A DNA stretch of 4,436 nucleotides from the sequence record HG983520.1, one strand, 5' to 3'. Both the position numbers and the translations under genes were made by a program. How positions within the stretch are numbered: position 1 is the first letter of the stretch; each line of letters starts with the position of its first letter. A model generated the notes under the pieces. That model was given only the letters and a program-made list of their open reading frames with translations. It did not search any database and was not told the DNA's origin. This document shows positions 1 through 4,436 of the stretch, piece after piece.

Positions 1-49
1 AAATTAAATTAAATATATATATACAAACAATATATTTATATAAACTATT

Positions 50-108
50 AAACGTGTATAAGATTTGAACTTATATTAATGTGTACGTAACACATCATTA
101 ACACGTTT
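50..108 (-). ncRNA. tRNA-like element lacking a D-arm (degenerate trnR-ACG-like, or a t-element)
   Basis: The minus strand reads A-AACGTGT-TAATG-ATGTG-TTACGTA-CACAT-TAAT-ATAAG-TTCAAAT-CTTAT-ACACGTT-T. It has a perfect 7-8 bp acceptor-like stem (107-101 with 57-51). It has a 5-bp T-stem with a canonical TTCAAAT T-loop, and a 5-bp anticodon-like stem with 7-nt loop TTACGTA (ACG in anticodon position, but T at position 37). There is no D-arm (5 nt only) and the total is about 57 nt. The middle hairpin can also fold as a 6-bp stem with a 5-nt loop. Confidence 0.35.
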
Positions 109-113
109 ACCAT

Positions 114-192
114 CCCCGCGGCGGCGGCGGCGGGTGCGGCTCCCCCGCACCCTCCTTACCCCCCCCCCCCAGAGACGGAAACCGCCGAGGGG
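114..192. repeat. GC cluster (palindromic GC-rich insertion-like element) in AT-rich intergenic DNA
   Basis: A 79-bp island of very high GC sits in AT-rich flanks. It has 11-nt terminal inverted repeats, CCCCGCGGCGG (114-124) and CCGCCGAGGGG (182-192), with one mismatch. Inside are (GCG)5 at 118-132, the hairpin GGGTGCGG-CTCCC-CCGCACCC (132-152), and a C12 run at 159-170. Confidence 0.8.
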
Positions 193-486
193 ATAAATGA
201 AATATAAATTTTATTGTTAAAAAATCATCATACTAAACTGTGAAATAAAGTCATTTGTAGTATTAATAATTTATAAAGTTAATTAGGGATCATAGTCCAA
301 ATTGTTACCACTAAAAACGTTATCCATTTCTTGCAAGATTCTACCTAATAGTCTTAAAAAAATCTTCTATAGAATTTTTTAAGAAGTTAATAGTGGCACT
401 TATTTCACTATTATCGATATTTTCATATCTAATAGTATAATTTCAGAAATCAAATTAACTGACTATGTCATTACTTTGATTTCCAC

Positions 487-601
487 TACTATAAACATTA
501 GTATTTACACTAGGTGTATTACAAGGGTTTTACCCTGGTGTATTAGTATTACTATAAACATTAGTATTTACACTAGGTGTATTACAAGGGTTTTACCTTG
601 G
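487..601. repeat. 63-bp tandem duplication (two copies)
   Basis: TACTATAAACATTAGTATTTACACTAGGTGTATTACAAGGGTTTTACC occurs identically at 487-534 and 550-597. It is followed by CTGG in the first copy and TTGG in the second. Each unit contains the small hairpin AGGGT-TTT-ACCCT (in the first copy). Confidence 0.9.
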
Positions 602-629
602 ACTTACGTCTTTAGAATATAGCTTTATA

Positions 630-702
630 GGGGGGGGGTTCCACCACCTGGACTATTCATTTATATATATATATTTAGAGGGGGGTTCCACCACCTGGAC
701 TA
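630..702. repeat. duplicated G-run element GGGGGGTTCCACCACCTGGACTA (two direct copies separated by a (TA)n tract)
   Basis: The identical 23-mer is at 633-655 and 680-702. The first copy has a G9 run (630-638) and the second a G6 run (680-685). The spacer contains (TA)7 at about 662-675. On the cox1 sense strand the element reads TAGTCCAGGTGGTGGAACCCCCC, starting 92 nt past the stop codon. Confidence 0.85.
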
Positions 703-793
703 GCGACCCTAAGGTCGTTAAATATTACTTTTTTTTTTTACTTATAAACTATAATTTGTTTATATACATACGAGAAATAAAAATACGCACGAA

Positions 794-1118
794 TTAGGAT
801 TGTAAAGGCAAGCTAGCAAAAGCATGAGGTTTAGGTGGGCTAGTTAAACATCATTCTAATGAACTATTATTTCTAGTGAATAACACTTGGAATGTATCAC
901 TGAATAATTGTGGAGTTAATCAAGGGTATCTTGAAACTGCTTGACCTTCTGTTAATTGTTTATAAATAATTGTTAAGAAGTATCATGTAGCTACAACACT
1001 AACAATAGAACCAAAACTACTTATTGAGTTTCAACCATAGAAGGCATCAGGATAATCACTTATTCTTCTAGGCATACCTTGTAGACCCAAGAAGTGTTGT
1101 GGGAAGAATGTTAGATTA
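794..1118 (-). CDS. cox1: cytochrome c oxidase subunit 1, terminal exon (includes TAA stop at 794-796)
   Basis: Minus-strand translation with table 4 from 1117 gives [107 protein letters not shown]. This is the conserved C-terminal third of COX1. T1118 completes the Val codon GT|T begun in the previous exon. Four in-frame TGA codons occur, e.g. 1033-1031 at the conserved Trp of the GWN motif. Confidence 0.92.
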
Positions 1119-2142
1119 CATTATATGGACTATATCTTAACTACCTTAGTCTTTTACCAAGATAGTCTCTTTCGCGTAGTCTCTGGGAATCCTACTAAGA
1201 TACAAATAAGTATCCGTTGGTTTTCTGCTGATTGTCTAGATATACTTAAGATTGTTACTTACTAATAAGTCGAGTACTTAAGCCTTATGAGAGTTTTCAG
1301 CATATAGAAAGATTGGAAGGGGCTAATCTTATTAAATTTGACGAGGAATAGATTGAATAATTCATTGTTCACCTTGTAAAGTTACTCAATTTTGAGTATC
1401 TATACTTTTTTTTATAAGTGTTCATCTAACCTTAAAATGTTGTTTAGCTGCATTGATTGATGGAAAAATCAATTCTTCACCCTTTTGGTTATAACAAAAA
1501 ACAAAATCACCACCTATACCATATTGTGGAGAAAGTTTTCCTTTCAATCCTTTAGAGGGGTGACTATGAGTAAGATAAAAATTTTTAATACTATCACTAA
1601 TAGCTTTTTTTGTCACAGGAGAAGTAACACTTCCAAACTTTGGATGATTCTCCTTTTTAAAATGTTCTTTTAATTTATTAATAGTATCAATAGTATGACG
1701 AAAACCGGATGAACTACCTGCAATTTTCAATACATTGTATTTAGGTTTATAATGATCTATTCATTTTTGTTCTAAATCTGAACAAATTATTATATCTGAA
1801 GGACAAAATTCTAATATACCTAAAGAAAAATTTTCTAATTTATATTTTCTCATTGCTCTAGTTATTACTATTTTTGTAAGCTTATCAGAATTTGCAAGAT
1901 AAAAATGACTAGTCATTCTTTTAGATAAAGTAAGACTACTACCTACATATAAGTCCTTAGTTATATTATTAATAAATAAATATACTCCAGATTTTCCTCT
2001 TAATTCATTATAAATCTTTTTTTTATCTTGCTTAACATTTTCAAAGTAGAGAACAAAATCATCAGGATTGATAGGTGAACCACCACCTGATAATAAACTA
2101 TAAAATCTTTTTCCTTTGTCAAAATTACTTCCCTTTAAACTA
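1119..2142 (-). mobile_element. group I intron (classic fungal-mitochondrial core) in cox1, carrying a GIY-YIG homing endonuclease ORF
   Basis: The upstream exon ends ...ATTGGGGT (U at 2143). The intron ends ...ATATAATG (terminal G at 1119) and the next exon starts TAATCTAACA, which restores ...FIGV|NLTFFP. The core lies downstream of the ORF on the minus strand. P is ATGCTGAAAA (TGCTGA at 1302-1297) and pairs with Q AATCAGCAG (1233-1225). R is CAGAGACTACG (1185-1175). S is AAGATATAGTCC (1138-1127), an exact match to the consensus. P7 is GACTA/TAGTC. Confidence 0.88.
1332..2141 (-). CDS. intron-encoded GIY-YIG homing endonuclease, in frame with the upstream cox1 exon (269 codons plus TAA at 1332-1334)
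   Basis: The frame is continuous with the exon and open from 2141 to TAA at 1334-1332 once four TGA codons (1763-1761, 1424-1422, 1388-1386, 1364-1362) are read as Trp. GIY-YIG domain: GVYLFINNITKDLYVGSS...RMTSHF...RAMRKYKLENFSLGILEF...LEQKWIDHYKPKYNV. It is followed by G-F-R-H-T and H-P-K-F-G NUMOD3-like segments and a C-terminal FPSINAAKQHFKVRWTLIKKSID helix-turn-helix-like module. Track ORF 1422..1730 is an internal fragment of this ORF. Confidence 0.88.
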
Positions 2143-2297
2143 ACCCCAATGAATAAAATTCAGAAGTGTACTTTAGCTGCAAAATGGTTATATGATAAAC
2201 CTAATATCTTAGGTATTCAGAAGTATCAACCACTGAATAATGCAAATACAGCACCCATAGATAATACATAGTGGAAATGAGCGACCACGTAATATGT
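2143..2297 (-). CDS. cox1: cytochrome c oxidase subunit 1, internal exon (heme a/a3 His ligands, HFH)
   Basis: Minus-strand translation gives [51 protein letters not shown](V). This is the near-invariant COX1 helix X region. Three TGA codons (2228-2226, 2219-2217, 2162-2160) fall at Trp positions. The 3' end (2143) is well defined. The 5' end is uncertain by up to about 7 nt (see findings). Confidence 0.9.
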
Positions 2298-3542
2298 TAA
2301 TTTAACATAATTAAATTGGACTATATCTTTAATTACATAAATAAAAATTTATGTAAAACACAACGTCTAGTCTCTACATAATAGAAATATACATTAGTAA
2401 TGTATATAACTACGTACACGGTATTATCGTTTATACCCGTGGTAACGATCCCTTTCAAGGATCAGTATAAAGACTTCACCGTTAGCTCCTTCTCGGTTAG
2501 AGATGGAACCGATATTAAAAATATTAATATCTTTGAAGTGTGACCGCAAGACACATTATACTATTAAATACAAGTTTTGCCCCGTGAACTTATCGAACAG
2601 CTCGGGAGTGTATATGTCTAGTTAAGCATAACCCTAATGTTTATTAACTCATTCTTGATATTTAGTATTTTTATCTCCTAATAAAGGATAAGAATAAAAA
2701 TGAGAACCCAATAGATTACGAACTTCTGACCCACCTATATGAATTTTATAATAAATAACTCCTTGTTTATTTGAAGTAAAGCTTATTTTATTATTATCTT
2801 TGTTAAAATAAGTGAGGATAGCTTTTAAGAGGTGTTTTTCATAATTTTGTCCTATAATAAATTGAGAAACATGAATAGAATTATTAGCTTTTTTTACTAT
2901 TTTAAAATGACCTTCACCTTCAATAAAACCAGATAATCAAGCAGGAAAATAACTAGGGATAACTAAATTTTTATCACGATAGTCTAACATTGTTTCTTGA
3001 TTTTTATATTTATCATTTCTTAATTTAATAAACTCTTGTTCAGATATATCTAGGTTAGAATCAATGAAATCTTTAGAAAAATCTAATTGACATAGTTTTC
3101 TAGTTGAAAGTAAAGGATATTTAGCAAGAATAGCAAAAACTTTAGCAATATCTGTTCTACTAGTTGCATATCATGTTACATATCTATTATTACGTTCAAT
3201 AGCAACTCTTCCACCAACATATTTTTTAATTAAATTTAGCATAAATCTATTTTCTTGTAAATTATTTATGGCAATAAATATTCTAACACGTTTCTTACAA
3301 TTATTAACAAAATCGACCGTTATTGTTCCATCACCTTCTAGCAATCCTACAAAGAATTGTTCAATGTAGTTCTTTATATCTGTATCACTTTTTTCATCTA
3401 AAAACTTATTAATGTTAATACAAGAAGAGTATAAGTTATTTTCTTTTATATTTTCAGCATTGAGTGAAAACAAATAAAGTGTAAAGAAAATTAATAACAT
3501 AGGGTATTTATCTAGGACAAACAAGTATTTTATAGAGTAAGT
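2298..3542 (-). mobile_element. group I intron in cox1 carrying a LAGLIDADG homing endonuclease ORF (exact splice registers ambiguous)
   Basis: It lies between the exon ending ...GCTTTCCATGAT (AFHD) and the exon starting ACATATTACGTGGTC (TYYVV). The 3' core lies downstream of the ORF on the minus strand. R-like element TAGAGACTAGA is at 2376-2366. The P8 hairpin TTACATAAAT-TTTT-ATTTATGTAA has a perfect 10-bp stem. S element AAGATATAGTCC (2329-2318) matches the consensus exactly. The P9 hairpin is AATTTAA-TTATG-TTAAATT (2317-2299). A GNRA-capped hairpin GATCCTT-GAAA-GGGATC is at about 2444-2460. Confidence 0.78.
2634..3542 (-). CDS. intron-encoded double-motif LAGLIDADG homing endonuclease/maturase, in frame with the upstream mini-exon (302 codons plus TAG at 2634-2636)
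   Basis: The frame is open from the exon junction to TAG at 2636-2634 when TGA at 3173-3171, 2939-2937 and 2651-2649 are read as Trp. Motif 1 is FFVGLLEGDGTI (LLEGDG = 3344-3327). Motif 2 is WLSGFIEGEGHF (about 2936-2904). Both acidic catalytic residues are present. The first in-frame ATG is at 3500-3498. Track ORF 3171..3524 is only the N-terminal fragment, and its start codon is a TTG. Confidence 0.9.
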
Positions 3543-3588
3543 ATCATGGAAAGCAACATCAAGTGATGCATTAGCTAAAACAACACCA
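3543..3588 (-). CDS. cox1: cytochrome c oxidase subunit 1, 46-nt mini-exon
   Basis: The minus strand reads T GGT GTT GTT TTA GCT AAT GCA TCA CTT GAT GTT GCT TTC CAT GAT, which gives (T)GVVLANASLDVAFHD. This is the conserved COX1 segment immediately N-terminal to TYYVVAHFH and includes the Mg-site His-Asp. It is preceded by ...TTATTCCGTAAG (G3589 as candidate intron terminal G). Boundaries are uncertain by a few nt at each end. Confidence 0.85.
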
Positions 3589-4436
3589 CTTACGGAATAA
3601 AGTGTTTATTGTTATTGTGTATCTGATATTCTTTCATAACTAAAAATATATCCCTTGTAGGCACCACCTACAGAAGCATATTTTTTTATAATACTATGAT
3701 TAATATTGAATGTTCTTTCAGCATCCATTACACCTATATATTTACCTATAAATTTTTTATTTTCATCATACACAAACACTGCTTTTCTAATATGACTTTG
3801 ATTGATAATCTCTGATACTAGTTTGCTACACTCTTTTGAGCATCAATCTGATATTAAAGGTGTATCAGTTATATTTAAAGGTAAATTACTAAGATATCAT
3901 TCACCTCTAAATATTGTTTTTTCTTTGATAACATCTACTAGTGTTGGATGATTTGACTTAATTAATTTTGCTAAAGTTAAAACTGAAGGAAAAATAACTA
4001 ACAACTCTTTAAAGGAATTATAAACATAAACAGGATAAGCTGATTTAGCCTCAATCATTCTTATTTTAGACTCAGTAGAATGATTTTTTTCGTAAAAAGG
4101 ATTATTCTGACCTACTAAGGCTATTGCTATTAGAGCTTTAGTTTTGTCAGAATGTGTTCTATTTTTAGCTAATTCAGAAAGCATTTTTTTAGTTTCTTCT
4201 GTATGTTTATAACCTAAAGAAGAATAACCTTGTTTTAATACATTATAATAAGGTATAATTTGTGTTATATAAAAAGTTTCTCTAGTTATTAAATACTCAG
4301 GTTCAACATACTCTAAAATTAAAAGAGAAAAGTTAGATTGGTCATATTTAAGTAAAGCTTTTACTATAGGCATATTACTATTTTGTTTACTTTTTAAAAA
4401 AGCATTATTAAGATAATTTTTCATTCTAGAAGCCAA
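3589..4436 (-). mobile_element. 3' part of a cox1 intron (presumed group I) carrying a GIY-YIG ORF; extends beyond the window
   Basis: All sequence upstream (minus sense) of the mini-exon is non-cox1 and is occupied by a GIY-YIG ORF. The intron would end at G3589. No R/S-type core motifs are recognisable in the visible 848 nt, so the intron class is inferred from context only. Confidence 0.6.
3612..4436 (-). CDS. intron-encoded GIY-YIG homing endonuclease, N-terminally truncated by the window edge (274 codons visible plus TAA at 3612-3614)
   Basis: The frame is open from 4436 to TAA at 3614-3612 when TGA at 3899-3897 and 3845-3843 are read as Trp. It contains the C-terminal half of the GIY-YIG domain (NFSLLILEYVEPEYLITRETFYITQIIPYYNV). 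NUMOD3-like repeats follow (GYKHTEETKKM, KNHSTESKIRM). Two tandem C-terminal helix-turn-helix-like modules are VYVYNSFKELLVIFPSVLTLAKLIKSNHPTLVDVIKEKTIFRGEWYLS and VFVYDENKKFIGKYIGVMDAERTFNINHSIIKKYASVGGAYKGYIFSY. The apparent M at 4436 in the track is a TTG codon. Confidence 0.85.

Noticed and set aside
286-304. Plus-strand GGGATCATAGTCCAAATTG, which resembles the group I S element plus its flank (AAGATATAGTCCAATTT) seen in the LAGLIDADG intron
   Set aside because: It has a one-base insertion relative to the consensus. No partner R element (GACTA-containing) or P4 pair lies upstream on the plus strand. An intron relic cannot be supported from this match alone.
353-383. 31-nt near-perfect palindrome CTTAAAAAA-atc-TTCTATAGAA-TTTTTTAAG
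   Set aside because: It is composed almost entirely of A/T in an AT-rich spacer, where such palindromes arise easily. No associated gene, repeat copy or conserved motif is visible.
487-702. Repeat-spacer pattern that could superficially suggest a CRISPR-like array
   Set aside because: There are only two copies of each of two unrelated repeats. One pair is directly tandem with no spacer. The other is separated by a (TA)n tract. The context is a mitochondrial intergenic spacer.
1485-1673. Plus-strand 62-aa ORF from the supplied track
   Set aside because: It lies wholly antisense to the well-supported GIY-YIG ORF (1332-2141, minus). Its peptide is low-complexity with no recognisable motif. It is best explained as a shadow ORF in AT-rich DNA.
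2074-2090. GGTGAACCACCACCTGA inside the GIY-YIG ORF shares the 10-mer CCACCACCTG with the intergenic G-run repeat (641-650, 688-697)
   Set aside because: The match is only 10 nt. In the ORF it encodes a Gly-Gly-Gly linker (SGGGSP) on the opposite strand. Chance similarity is the simplest explanation.
2298-2633. Reinterpreting the LAGLIDADG intron as group II because it lacks a terminal G
   Set aside because: No domain V-like hairpin or group II 5' GUGYG motif is visible. The 3' region instead has an exact group I S element, an R-like element, and P7/P8/P9 hairpins.
1422-4436. ORF-track boundaries (starts at 1730, 3524, 4436; ends at 1422, 3171, 3897) taken as real gene limits
   Set aside because: All three starts are TTG codons inside longer open frames. 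All three ends are TGA codons that read through as Trp under the mitochondrial code. The true stops are TAA 1332-1334, TAG 2634-2636 and TAA 3612-3614.
1-4436. Bacterial, phage or defence-island interpretation of the GIY-YIG and LAGLIDADG ORFs
   Set aside because: The endonuclease ORFs are embedded between colinear cox1 exon segments and use TGA as a sense codon. They are accompanied by group I ribozyme cores. This is the standard architecture of mitochondrial mobile introns.

Overview
This window is organellar, not bacterial. It is AT-rich and holds the 3' part of a mitochondrial cox1 gene on the minus strand, readable only with TGA=Trp (translation table 4); the cox1 protein sequence looks fungal. 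Three cox1 exon segments (3588-3543, 2297-2143, 1118-794) are preceded or separated by three introns that carry homing endonuclease genes. The first is a partial intron with a GIY-YIG ORF (4436-3612). The second carries a two-motif LAGLIDADG ORF fused in frame to a 46-nt mini-exon (3542-2634). The third is a canonical group I intron with recognisable P/Q/R/S core elements and a GIY-YIG ORF fused in frame to its upstream exon (2141-1332). The supplied ORF track fragments all of these because it treats TGA as stop and TTG as start. Downstream of the cox1 stop (794-796) lie about 790 nt of non-coding DNA. They contain a duplicated G-run element, a 63-bp tandem duplication, a 79-bp GC cluster bounded by inverted repeats, and a tRNA-like cloverleaf without a D-arm. 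I see no evidence for a novel multi-gene system. The most unusual points are: (1) no admissible 3' splice site of the LAGLIDADG intron has a terminal G; (2) the first intron's ORF ends only 22 nt from its 3' splice site, with no visible ribozyme core; (3) the tRNA-like element sits directly next to the GC cluster downstream of cox1.
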